A stretch of DNA of 53,663 nucleotides from a virus (IMGVR_UViG_3300037424_000334:1-53663), one strand, 5' to 3'; shown: positions 42,832 to 51,441, numbered from the stretch's first letter. The notes: generated by a model not told the origin, from the letters alone. Program-made: numbers and translations.

Positions 42832-43368
42832 TCAGAGTCCCTTCTTGATGACGGCAAAGTCCGGTGCCGGACGCCCGGCCTCGTAATTCTCAAGCCACGT
42901 CCCCGGCGGACCGAGAGTACGCTGCACGATGTTCTTACCGGCGAGCGTGGCCGCATCGACACCACGCTTCATGCCGCTCGACCAGCCGAGGTCGATGTAG
43001 ACGGCCACGAGGCTCGCCCGGCGCATGATGTGCCAGCCGATGCCCATACCAAGCTCGCGTTCCGCCGGAATGTTGTCCAGAAGAACACCGGGCTGCGTGT
43101 AGAGCGCATGGCTGGCAACCGGCGCTTCGCCGCGCATGATGCTGTCGCGGATTGCGGCGCGCACATAGGCGAGGTTGCGTTCGATGTCGCCCGCGTAGGG
43201 GCTCTCGATCACGACCAACGGCTTGATCTCCGCCGGGTTGAATTGCTCGCCCATCTTCCCCACGTCGGCGGGGTTCATGCGGACGCCGGGATAGCCAGTG
43301 AAGCGGCCAGGGCCGTCGCACTTGCCGGGGTCGTAGCTGTCGAGATCGTATTCGTCAGAACTCATCAT
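42832..43368 (-). CDS. NDT-like Rossmann protein (DUF4406/DUF7768-like)
   Basis: ESPYAGD.E.N..Y.R....D...RGEAP.ASH.LY; ER..G; S.GM. Confidence 0.75.
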   Translation of the reverse strand: MMSSDEYDLDSYDPGKCDGPGRFTGYPGVRMNPADVGKMGEQFNPAEIKPLVVIESPYAGDIERNLAYVRAAIRDSIMRGEAPVASHALYTQPGVLLDNIPAERELGMGIGWHIMRRASLVAVYIDLGWSSGMKRGVDAATLAGKNIVQRTLGPPGTWLENYEAGRPAPDFAVIKKGL

Positions 43369-44032
43369 CGTCTCCTTCGGACATGGCGTAGAGCGCCCGT
43401 TCGCCGGGGGTTGCGTTGGGGCCGGGAGGCGGTGGCTTGTGTCCCACCGGAGGGGCCTTGACGGGTGCCTTCGTGACCTCCTTGCCAGCCGGGATGTCGC
43501 CGGGGATCGGACCCGTCAGCACCCTGGTTTCTCCAGGCTTCAGGGGAGCCCCCGTGGCCGGTTGTTTGGCGGGTTCAGCCTGAGCCGCCTGCCCAGGCAC
43601 GGCCTGGGTTTCCGGGGCTCCACGGGCCTTCCTAGGGGCTCTGGTGGCCGGTTGTTTGGCGGGTTTCTGCATGGCCAGGAGCCCCGCAATGGTCTTCTCC
43701 AGGCGCTCGATGTAGAGGTCCGGATCGTAGGCCACAGCCGGGCGGGCCGCGCCTAGAGACTCGAAGAAGGTCTTGTCCAGTTCTGAAACGTAGCCGTTCT
43801 CAGCCGCTTTCACGTTTTCGTAGGGGGCGACCACGGTGCGATAGAACTCCAGCCCGGCGCACAGCATGACGCCCATGACTTCATTCACGTTCGCATAGCT
43901 CACACCCTTCTTCGTCTCCATGACGTAGCGGTGCAGAAGGTGCGAGATCGCGTAGTTCAACTCCCCGGCATTCGACGGCATCGGGTTGATGAACTCCAGC
44001 GCGGTGCGCAACTCGGGCTTCACGTAAGGCAT
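43355..44032 (-). CDS. DUF6899-like protein with Pro/Ala-rich tail
   Basis: MPY.K; GELNY.I; E.YR..V.PYE..K..ENG. Confidence 0.7.
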   Translation of the reverse strand: MPYVKPELRTALEFINPMPSNAGELNYAISHLLHRYVMETKKGVSYANVNEVMGVMLCAGLEFYRTVVAPYENVKAAENGYVSELDKTFFESLGAARPAVAYDPDLYIERLEKTIAGLLAMQKPAKQPATRAPRKARGAPETQAVPGQAAQAEPAKQPATGAPLKPGETRVLTGPIPGDIPAGKEVTKAPVKAPPVGHKPPPPGPNATPGERALYAMSEGDDDEF

Positions 44033-44346
44033 CAGATCAACTCTCCGGTAGCACGATAGGCGGCAGAGCAAACTCCGTCGCATTCGGCGTGGCATTGCGG
44101 CGCGCAAGGTCCACATTCATCCCACCGAGCACGCCCGGCGCGGGTCGCGCGGAGATCGTGCGCCCTCTGCGATCTCTGGCACCACTCGGAGTGGCGCATT
44201 TTGATTCGCTCCCACAGCCCTGGATAGCCGCCGGGATTGCTGGCGCTGCGCGGGAATAGAACGTCCGGCAACCAGCCACCGCAGTCATTGCACAGCGCGT
44301 AGCCGAGCCCGATCCCTCGCGTGCTCTTGTGTTTGCAGTGAAACAT
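44032..44346 (-). CDS. Zn-binding hypothetical protein
   Basis: CKH...CNDC and further Cys pairs. Confidence 0.5.
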   Translation of the reverse strand: MFHCKHKSTRGIGLGYALCNDCGGWLPDVLFPRSASNPGGYPGLWERIKMRHSEWCQRSQRAHDLRATRAGRARWDECGPCAPQCHAECDGVCSAAYRATGELI

Positions 44347-44618
44347 CAAGGCCTCCAAACTTCAACGCGCGGGAAGTAGTGGTACCAGAGCGCAATGCCC
44401 CAGCATACGACTTCGATGGCGAGGAACCAGAAGGCGATGTAGCCCCAGCCGAAGGTACCGAACAGGAAGATGGAGTAGAGAATGCACGCGAGGAACAGAA
44501 GCCACTGAGTCACGAGCGGGGTGCCAACATCCTTGCCGAGCTTCCAGGTGCTCCAGGCCATCGGGATGCAGCCTGCGGCGAACAGAGCGCCGCCGATGAT
44601 ACCAATCAGTTCCAACAT
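44346..44618 (-). CDS. 3-TM PQ-loop/SemiSWEET-like membrane protein
   Basis: IG..GG.LFA...IP.AW.TWK; three TM helices. Confidence 0.6.
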   Translation of the reverse strand: MLELIGIIGGALFAAGCIPMAWSTWKLGKDVGTPLVTQWLLFLACILYSIFLFGTFGWGYIAFWFLAIEVVCWGIALWYHYFPRVEVWRP

Positions 44619-44680
44619 CCCGGACCCCTCAAGATTTCGCGCATACTGACACGGCTTGCGTCATGTGTCAAGCGAAATCC

Positions 44681-46393
44681 CTATGCCCGCCATTTACCCT
44701 GCCAGATCGTGATAATGGCGCGCTTGCCGTTCGCGTAGGTGATGATGTGCGAGTGCGACCACGATGATGCCCCGTGATTGTATTCGAGCTTGAGGAGCGA
44801 GGACGTGCCCGACTGATAGATGCCGTCGTTGATCCCGGCACTGTGGCTGTGCCCGATGTTCGCCTTGCGGCCCATCTTCGCGAGCGCCACGATGGAGCCC
44901 CGCGCGCCGTTAGCGCCCCGGTCGCCGTGCAGACCGCATTCGATGCCGCCACCCGCGTCCTCGCAGATGATGTACGAACTGTCCGCCGGAATGAAGTCGA
45001 TCTTGTTCCGCTTCTCGAACCCCGGCTCCGCGAGGCTGAGCGCAAGCTGGAAGTGATTCGGCTCCTCCTTGCGCTCGTCAATGTACTCATGCGTGGCGTC
45101 GTTGAGCTTTGACCAGAAGCGCGCGTTGACCGGATCGCGGCGACCGTCCTGCTGTTCGAGCCACTGGCCGATGTGGCGGTCATGATTCGCGTCAACGATG
45201 TGTGTAATCATCCACGGGCGCAGCGTGCAGAGGAGCACCGCCGCCGTCACCTTCAACTCCTTGAGCACGTCTTCCCTGCCGAGAATGTGGCGAAGGTACT
45301 GCTTGAAATTGCTCTTGATGTTATGGTGCGTCCGTGTGAAGAAGTCGAGGAGGTCGTGGTGGAACTGATGACGCGGGCGCAGCACGTCTACGAGTCCGCC
45401 CTCGCCCCACGTCACTTCCTTGACCACGGGGTCGATGCTGTATGCGTGCGTGTCTCCAGGATTGAACGCTTCGATGCGATTGCCGGTCGTGACAATGCCG
45501 TCCTTCACGCAGACATCGAGATCGTAGATCGTTCCATCGCTATCGCCGTTGATCTGGCGGCACCACCAGCTTCCGTCTTGGTCCACCTCAACGAGGAGCG
45601 CGCCATAGCAGTGATGGAACTCGGCCTTGAGCCCCGCGTCACGCTGGATGTAATTGCGCATCGTGAGCGTGCCGGTCGTATAGTTGAACTTCGTCGCTTG
45701 GTCCCGCATCGTGGCGACGGACTCCATCGCGATCTTGACGTGCGGAAAGATGCCGGACTTGCGGCCCGTGTACACCTGATAGCCGGAGAGCGGCTTCGCC
45801 TTCGTCGGCAGGATGTTCATCTCGCCGCAGAACACAAGGCCGGGCGCAACCTCGGCGCGCTCGTCCAGCAGGTACGGAGTCAAGCGGTCGTCCCACCACA
45901 GGTCTTGAACGCTTTTGAAATTCTCGGGGCGCGCAGCTTTCTTCGTCGCCGACTTCGCTGCGAACCAAGCCTTCTTGTCGCCGCGTGCGCCAAGGCCGTT
46001 CTTGATGTAGGCGAACCGGCTGACGTACAGCTTCGCGTCGTAGTGCGCCATGAGCGCGTGGATGTTGGTCCACAGGCCCTCGTGCATAGGAGTGTTGTTC
46101 TGCGCCGACGTGAACAGGAAGCGAGTCACGCCGCGCTTGCGCAATGGCAAGGTGACCGAGCTAAGAGCCTTCACGCGACCTTCGACCACCGGCTTGATCG
46201 TAGCGTCGATCTGGTCCCTGCGCTTGCGCCCCATCGGCAACGGCTCCATGACGCCCTCGGCCACCGCGAGATGGTACGAGGAGTGGACGGCGCTGTACTG
46301 CTTGCCCTCGCCGCGTGCGATGGCCTTGACGCTGCCGTACTTCTTGTAGAGTTTGAGGAACTGCTTAGGCGTATAGATGGGGCGCATGACCAT
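44681..46393 (-). CDS. T5 A1-like metallophosphoesterase/nuclease
   Basis: TSAQNNT, GD.H, HD..DF, ANHD, HGD.G.NG.RG, GHSHS. Confidence 0.7.
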   Translation of the reverse strand: MVMRPIYTPKQFLKLYKKYGSVKAIARGEGKQYSAVHSSYHLAVAEGVMEPLPMGRKRRDQIDATIKPVVEGRVKALSSVTLPLRKRGVTRFLFTSAQNNTPMHEGLWTNIHALMAHYDAKLYVSRFAYIKNGLGARGDKKAWFAAKSATKKAARPENFKSVQDLWWDDRLTPYLLDERAEVAPGLVFCGEMNILPTKAKPLSGYQVYTGRKSGIFPHVKIAMESVATMRDQATKFNYTTGTLTMRNYIQRDAGLKAEFHHCYGALLVEVDQDGSWWCRQINGDSDGTIYDLDVCVKDGIVTTGNRIEAFNPGDTHAYSIDPVVKEVTWGEGGLVDVLRPRHQFHHDLLDFFTRTHHNIKSNFKQYLRHILGREDVLKELKVTAAVLLCTLRPWMITHIVDANHDRHIGQWLEQQDGRRDPVNARFWSKLNDATHEYIDERKEEPNHFQLALSLAEPGFEKRNKIDFIPADSSYIICEDAGGGIECGLHGDRGANGARGSIVALAKMGRKANIGHSHSAGINDGIYQSGTSSLLKLEYNHGASSWSHSHIITYANGKRAIITIWQGKWRA

Positions 46394-46405
46394 AGAGAGG
46401 CTCCC

Positions 46406-46972
46406 TCAGAAGTCGAACTCGTTGTCAACCGGCTTGTCGTTCAGCAGCCCGAGAAGCGAAAGGCCATGGTACCCGATAAGCGCTGCATCGCATACCCCTT
46501 TGCACTCCTCCTTCGTCCAGTGCCCGCGCTTCGGCGTAAGCTCCTCAACCTGATTCGGCCAGAGTTCGCAGGCGCGTGGAATACAGACTTCCTTGTCGGA
46601 CTTGTTCGGCAGGCGCGCAGTTTTCTTCCAAGCAGCGGGCTCCACCATATCGAGCGGAATCTGCGCCGCGACAATCAGGCCGCGCATGAACCCGGCGCTG
46701 TAGCCGAACTTGAACATGGATGAGCCGCCCTGTTGCGGCATCGCCTGCACACGCTCGATGAATGCGTGACGCGGACGCGAGCCGGGCCATTCGATGAACA
46801 GCCGCTTGAACTCGTTCCACATCTGGCCGTAAAGAATTTCCTCGCCGCGTCCCTTCGCCGATTTCATGTGCGGCGTGCGCAGAATGCGGAGGCCCTGTCG
46901 GCTGACGCCAACGATTGCGCCAGTCTTCCCCGGATCGCCGCCGAGGACATACGGCTCTATGGAGAAGTTCAT
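46406..46972 (-). CDS. RuvC-like Holliday junction resolvase
   Basis: G.DPGKTGA; IERV.AMP.QG..SMF.FG; V.P..WK; DAALI. Confidence 0.88.
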   Translation of the reverse strand: MNFSIEPYVLGGDPGKTGAIVGVSRQGLRILRTPHMKSAKGRGEEILYGQMWNEFKRLFIEWPGSRPRHAFIERVQAMPQQGGSSMFKFGYSAGFMRGLIVAAQIPLDMVEPAAWKKTARLPNKSDKEVCIPRACELWPNQVEELTPKRGHWTKEECKGVCDAALIGYHGLSLLGLLNDKPVDNEFDF

Positions 46973-47544
46973 GCTGCGGCCTTCCAAACACCGCGACCGG
47001 TTTTTGCCAACACGCCGTCCAGTTCCAACTGGTTCACGGCAGCGTACACGGTCTGGTATCCCATGCCTGGGAAATTAGGCAGGATGCTCTGCATGGTGAA
47101 ATCTCCCGGCGCTCCCCGGATGAACTCATTGACGATGAAAGCGCGCACTCGGCCAGATTTGCTGTTCTCGTCGCGAACCCTGGTTCGACTGCGCCGTCCG
47201 GGGTGACGAGGCTTCGGCATCTCTGTGTCGGATGCGAAGTCCCGTTCGACCGTGACGACGATAGCGTCCTTGTTGATGCTGCGAGCTTCGCGCAGCAGGC
47301 CGGTCACGTCGATCTCCCGCGCTGCGCCGCCGTAGTTCATGGCGTGCATGTCAAGGAGGCCGAGCGCTACATGCAGGCCGGGCGCGAGGTCCTGTGCTTT
47401 CTCCGCGCTGATCTGAAACATGCGCCGCAGTTTGATGAGCGCGTCGAGAGTGACCTGTTGGTCCGCGCGCTTCTGCAACTCGGCGATGATTTCCTTGTCG
47501 GTGAGTTTCCACACCGGCAGGTTCCTGTTCTTCTCCGCGTTCAT
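46969..47544 (-). CDS. hypothetical protein with C-terminal winged-helix-like domain
   Basis: V..A...L...G.L.KTGRG.W. Confidence 0.6.
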   Translation of the reverse strand: MNAEKNRNLPVWKLTDKEIIAELQKRADQQVTLDALIKLRRMFQISAEKAQDLAPGLHVALGLLDMHAMNYGGAAREIDVTGLLREARSINKDAIVVTVERDFASDTEMPKPRHPGRRSRTRVRDENSKSGRVRAFIVNEFIRGAPGDFTMQSILPNFPGMGYQTVYAAVNQLELDGVLAKTGRGVWKAAA

Positions 47545-47546
47545 TG

Positions 47547-49688
47547 TCAGTCCTTCCGATAGCGAGTGCCGAACCATCCGGCAACTCCGATCACCATTCC
47601 AGGGCACCAAGTCGGAACGATGGACATCAAGCGATTGAACTCCTTCATGTCGCCGCCTGTCCCGATCTTACGCTCGCAAACAATTTCGTCATGCACGGTG
47701 AGGACGATGGGATAGCCCGCAGCTTCGACCCGGAACATCGCCTCGACCATGAGGTCGCGCGAGATAGCCTGCACGATGTTTTCGGTGAGCATCCCGCCGT
47801 AAGTCGAGATGCGGCCCCAGGCACCGCCACGCTTGTTGTCCTTGCCGTCGTAGTACAGAACGTACTTCGGCTTCCCGTTCCAGTTCCCGTCCTCTACGAC
47901 TTCAGGGTTGTAGTACCACAAACACCTGCCGTTTGGCAAGCGGCAAGCGAGCCAATTTCCAACCGTGCTGTTAACCACGGCGAAGGTGATGCCGCGATAA
48001 CTCTGCGCCTTGCCGGTGAGCACAGCGGCGATGGCCGTGTCCTCGATCTGGTACCAGAAGCGTACGATGTTCGGGTGGCCAGCGCGCCACGACTTCTTGT
48101 GGTCATCGACCTCCGCGTCTGTCCACTTGTCGCTGTCATCGAATTTGCGCCACGCGCCAACACCACCCTGGTAGCCGAACGCGAGTTCGCACGTCTTGCC
48201 GGTCTGGCGTTCTTTATGATGCGTTTTCTTTGTGAGACACGGATAGCCGAACACCGTTGAGGCCGTGGCGAGGTAGATGTCCTCGGAGCCTTTGTAGCCT
48301 TCCTTGCGGTCGATACCCGCGAAGGCGTCGAGCTTCCACTGTTCGCCCGCGACCCACGCGAGCACGCGCGCTTCGATGGCGGAGAAGTCGGAGACGAAGA
48401 ACTCGAAACCCGGCTCCGGTACGATGAAGCCGCGCAGCGCCGAGGCCAGCGCGTTGTACACGTCTCCGTAGATGTTTTCTACCCATTCCCAGTCAGATGT
48501 TTTGATGGCGTCGATAAGAATTTCCATTCCAATCGCGCCTGCGCCTTTGCGGTCCTTAAGGAACGGAGGAATGAGCACGCCGCTTTCGTCGCCGCGCGGG
48601 AAGTTCTGTGGCTGGATACCACGACCGGCCCACCGGCCCGTGCCTGCGCCGTGGTACATGAGGAGCCCACGAATGCGCCCATCAATGCAGCGCATCGAGA
48701 TGAACTTTTCGATCTTTGCGATGCTTGTCTTGCCGAGTGCTTGGCGGATTTCGAGCACACGGCGCACGACGGGACTGATGCGATCCTTTTTCTTGGGATC
48801 GAGCATGTCCTTCACGGTGTCAGCCGTGAGGTCCGAGAGATAGACACCCTGAGTCTCGCACCAATCCTTGAGACGGTCGCGCGTGTCGGCGGTCATCTCC
48901 TTGTCGCCAGTGATCTCCTTCAATTCGCGAAGCAGGTTCACCTCGACGGCTTTGCGGATCACGTCAGCGGCCATCACGGCTTCGATGTCGATGTAGACGC
49001 CGCGCTGATTGATTAGTGCGTCGAGGCACCAGACCTCGTATTCGTCTGACGGCAAATCGCGGATTGCGTCACCCAGCGCTTCCTCCGCGAGCACGTCTTG
49101 CTCGCAGTAGGCGTCGAGTTCCGCCATCAACAATTCGTCGTCGCACCAGTTCGGCCAGACCTTCTGCGGAATGCCCGCCTTGATCTCCGCCTTCGTGAGC
49201 TTCTTGATTTTCTGCGGCACGCACAGCTTCGAGATGAGGAACTTGCCGCGCTTGTCCTTGAGGATCGAGAGCCCGAGCGCGCGACCGGCTTTGTCGAGAT
49301 CGAGCGGAATGGAACGGTAGGCGCACGACGCCTGTGTGTCGGTCCAGTGCTCCGGCATCTTAACGCTGTACTGTTCCTCGATCATGTAGCGCCATACGGC
49401 TTTTTCGAATCCCGCGTTGTGCGCCTCGAAGGTCCAGCCCTCCTCGACGTACTTGCGCAGTTGATCCGGGAATGGTTCGCCGAGACGCGGACGCCAAGTG
49501 TGCATAGGCTTGCCCGCGCCGCGCTCCTTGTATTTGAGCACGAGGATGCGAGCGGACGGGTCCTGGCAGAAACGAACCGCGCCGACCTCTTTCAGATTGA
49601 GGACGCAGCGGATTTCGAAGTCGAGGATGATGCGTTTCGAATTGCGAAGCGCGGTCTGCCGGGCGGGATTTGCTGCAAAATCTACCAT
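47547..49688 (-). CDS. DNA polymerase, family A (SPO2/APSE-type)
   Basis: Exo DFE, HNA.FE, YCEQDV; TGRWAGR..QPQN; DFSAIEARV; RQ.GK..ELA.GY; VHDE. Confidence 0.95.
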   Translation of the reverse strand: MVDFAANPARQTALRNSKRIILDFEIRCVLNLKEVGAVRFCQDPSARILVLKYKERGAGKPMHTWRPRLGEPFPDQLRKYVEEGWTFEAHNAGFEKAVWRYMIEEQYSVKMPEHWTDTQASCAYRSIPLDLDKAGRALGLSILKDKRGKFLISKLCVPQKIKKLTKAEIKAGIPQKVWPNWCDDELLMAELDAYCEQDVLAEEALGDAIRDLPSDEYEVWCLDALINQRGVYIDIEAVMAADVIRKAVEVNLLRELKEITGDKEMTADTRDRLKDWCETQGVYLSDLTADTVKDMLDPKKKDRISPVVRRVLEIRQALGKTSIAKIEKFISMRCIDGRIRGLLMYHGAGTGRWAGRGIQPQNFPRGDESGVLIPPFLKDRKGAGAIGMEILIDAIKTSDWEWVENIYGDVYNALASALRGFIVPEPGFEFFVSDFSAIEARVLAWVAGEQWKLDAFAGIDRKEGYKGSEDIYLATASTVFGYPCLTKKTHHKERQTGKTCELAFGYQGGVGAWRKFDDSDKWTDAEVDDHKKSWRAGHPNIVRFWYQIEDTAIAAVLTGKAQSYRGITFAVVNSTVGNWLACRLPNGRCLWYYNPEVVEDGNWNGKPKYVLYYDGKDNKRGGAWGRISTYGGMLTENIVQAISRDLMVEAMFRVEAAGYPIVLTVHDEIVCERKIGTGGDMKEFNRLMSIVPTWCPGMVIGVAGWFGTRYRKD

Positions 49689-49706
49689 GCGACCTCAGCG
49701 GCAGTG

Positions 49707-49780
49707 TCAGGGAGGCGGGATTCGAACCCGCGTATCCGGTGTCCGAGACCGGAACTTTGACCAAGCTAAGCTACTCCCTG
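49707..49780 (-). tRNA. tRNA-Pro(CGG), no CCA, acceptor helix extended to 19 bp
   Basis: Minus strand CAGGGAG-TA-GCTT..AAGT-T-CCGGT-CT CGG AC-ACCGG-ATAC-GCGGG-TTCGAAT-CCCGC-CTCCCTG-A; C1:G72, A73. Confidence 0.88.
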
Positions 49781-49877
49781 ACACTGCCGCCGTGGTTAGA
49801 CGGCGGGGGCTGGGATGAAGCTCGTCGGGGTCAAAGCCTGAAACATTGCACGGACCTTCTAGGCAGCATGAGCCGCC

Positions 49878-49906
49878 TCTATACATTATCCTTCGCAACC
49901 TGTCAA
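49878..49906 (-). promoter_or_regulatory. putative promoter for the tRNA-Pro/polymerase leader
   Basis: TTGACA-17-TATAGA. Confidence 0.55.
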
Positions 49907-49934
49907 CCCAAATAAAGTACCGGCGCGGTCTGCT

Positions 49935-50126
49935 GTCGTCCCGGCTCTGACTCGTTCTGTCTGCTACCGCTTCAACGGACACGGGTGAGCCACCATTCCC
50001 GCCCACGGACTCTCATACGCCTTTCGGCACATAGGATGGCAGTCCCTAACTGAAAACATGCGGGAGTAGGATGCTACCACCCCAGGCTCCCTGTCCATCA
50101 CGCCGCCCGAGAGCGACTCCGACGAC
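49935..50126 (-). ncRNA. unassigned structured RNA candidate
   Basis: Nested pairings GTCGTC/GACGAC, GGACA/TGTCC, AGCC/GGCT, TCCCGC/GCGGGA, GGACT/AGTCC, GCC-GAAA-GGC. Confidence 0.45.
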
Positions 50127-50133
50127 GGACGTA

Positions 50134-50439
50134 TTACTGCGGCAGCACGCGCTGCGGTGCGCCGTGAAGCTCCATAGCCTGGACGCCGAGCGCCGTCACC
50201 TTGCGGATGTCATCGAGGCACGCAACGCCGCCGTCCGGTCGATACCATGCCGTGCGGGCGTCGGCCAGGACCTTCTCCATGCAAAGGATGAGTTCGCCCG
50301 GCTGCATTGCGGGACGGCCTTCGTGCCGCTTCGCGTTGCCGAGGCCGCGATCCTGATAGGTGCGCTCCGTGTCGAGAGCCGCGTAGACCTCTGCGCGCGT
50401 GGCGCGATAGACGCCGCCTGTGTTATTCACTTCGCTCAT
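50134..50439 (-). CDS. hypothetical all-helical protein (possibly MazG-fold)
   Basis: RBS AGGAGG; EVY.A.D.ER.YQD...IRK..AL.V..ME.HG. Confidence 0.7.
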   Translation of the reverse strand: MSEVNNTGGVYRATRAEVYAALDTERTYQDRGLGNAKRHEGRPAMQPGELILCMEKVLADARTAWYRPDGGVACLDDIRKVTALGVQAMELHGAPQRVLPQ

Positions 50440-50464
50440 GCTTTCCTCCTGTTGTTAAACTGAA

Positions 50465-50557
50465 CGACCATTCGGGGCCACATGCAAGTCTGTCCACACT
50501 TTAGCTCGTGACCTGTGGCAGTCTGCCGAGCATCTTGCATGTACCCCCGAATGATCG
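50465..50557 (-). ncRNA. long stem-loop RNA candidate
   Basis: ~23-bp stem CGATCATTCGGGG-G-TACATGCAAG / CTTGCATGTG-G-CCCCGAATGGTCG. Confidence 0.5.
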
Positions 50558-50659
50558 CTTCGGCGATTGACGCGCTGCGGTGTGGTCTCACCGGCAGAGC
50601 ATGACCCGGAAGCTGTGTCCCGCGTCTCTCACCTCATTCCCATCCGCGAGTCGTGGAAC

Positions 50660-51403
50660 TCAGAAGGGAATCTCTTGGTCCATACCGGCGGTCGGATCGT
50701 GGTCCGCCTCGCCGCCCACCACGCCGTCGAACCGGGACATGAGGGCACCGCCCTGCGCGCCGAACTTCGCGCCCTCCCGCGTGTAGCGGATCGAGTTGAG
50801 ATAGGGCGTCAGATAGCGCATACCACTCACGATGCTGGCCCGGATGTTCAGTTCGGCCACGGCGTAGTTGCCGCCGACGAACAGTTGCTTCGCGGCTTGC
50901 ATGTCAGAAGGGACAAGGCGATTGACTGCCTTGATCTTCTTGTCGGGGCCGACATAGGACAGCGCGGGAGGCTGCACTTTGTCGGTCACGTTGGACTTCA
51001 TCTGCATGAGACGAAGGCCCTTGTAGTGGCTCCCGTCCTTCTCCTTCGCCGCACGCGCCTCGGCCTTCACGTCACCGCGCTTGAGCGGCCAGCCTTTGAA
51101 CGCGACCCCGGCGAACGCCGCCGCGAGAGGACTCGGCTGCCCGGCGATTGCGGGTGCGCCCAGTTCCGGCCATGCTTCGACGGCCAACTCGCGGAGAAGC
51201 TGCTGAATGTCCACGTCAACGAGCACGTTGTTGCGGAGGACCTTGAACTTGACGAGGGATTCTTCGGTGAACATGCCCTCGACCGAGTAGACCCACTTGC
51301 CGGTTTTTACGCCCCGGTCGTCGGTCGTCTCACGAGACTCGATGAGAGACGGGTAGGACATGCGAAATTCGGGAGTAAGCACAACGCGACTATGGTTTGC
51401 CAT
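50660..51403 (-). CDS. ssDNA-binding protein (DUF2815, gp2.5-like)
   Basis: R.SYP.L; PLK.GD; acidic C-terminus DQEIPF; lies between DUF2800 and PolA. Confidence 0.8.
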   Translation of the reverse strand: MANHSRVVLTPEFRMSYPSLIESRETTDDRGVKTGKWVYSVEGMFTEESLVKFKVLRNNVLVDVDIQQLLRELAVEAWPELGAPAIAGQPSPLAAAFAGVAFKGWPLKRGDVKAEARAAKEKDGSHYKGLRLMQMKSNVTDKVQPPALSYVGPDKKIKAVNRLVPSDMQAAKQLFVGGNYAVAELNIRASIVSGMRYLTPYLNSIRYTREGAKFGAQGGALMSRFDGVVGGEADHDPTAGMDQEIPF

Positions 51404-51441
51404 AACTGATCTCCTTGATTAACTGACTTCGATGAGCGCGC

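Noticed and set aside
44645-44672. TTGACA promoter upstream of 44618
   Set aside because: No -10 box at proper spacing; better explained as a TGACAC/GTGTCA hairpin after the A1-like gene.
49696-49792. tRNA-Pro as an attP/integration scar
   Set aside because: The flanks are inverted, not direct, repeats, and there is no integrase in the window.
49935-50126. RNase P RNA or tmRNA
   Set aside because: ACAGAAC is suggestive, but GAGGAAAGTCC is absent and there is no tag-reading frame or Ala acceptor end.
50480-50545. Twister ribozyme
   Set aside because: Superficial ACTGCC..GGTC..AGC..TAAAG likeness, but the UAA cleavage loop and T1 pairing cannot be placed.
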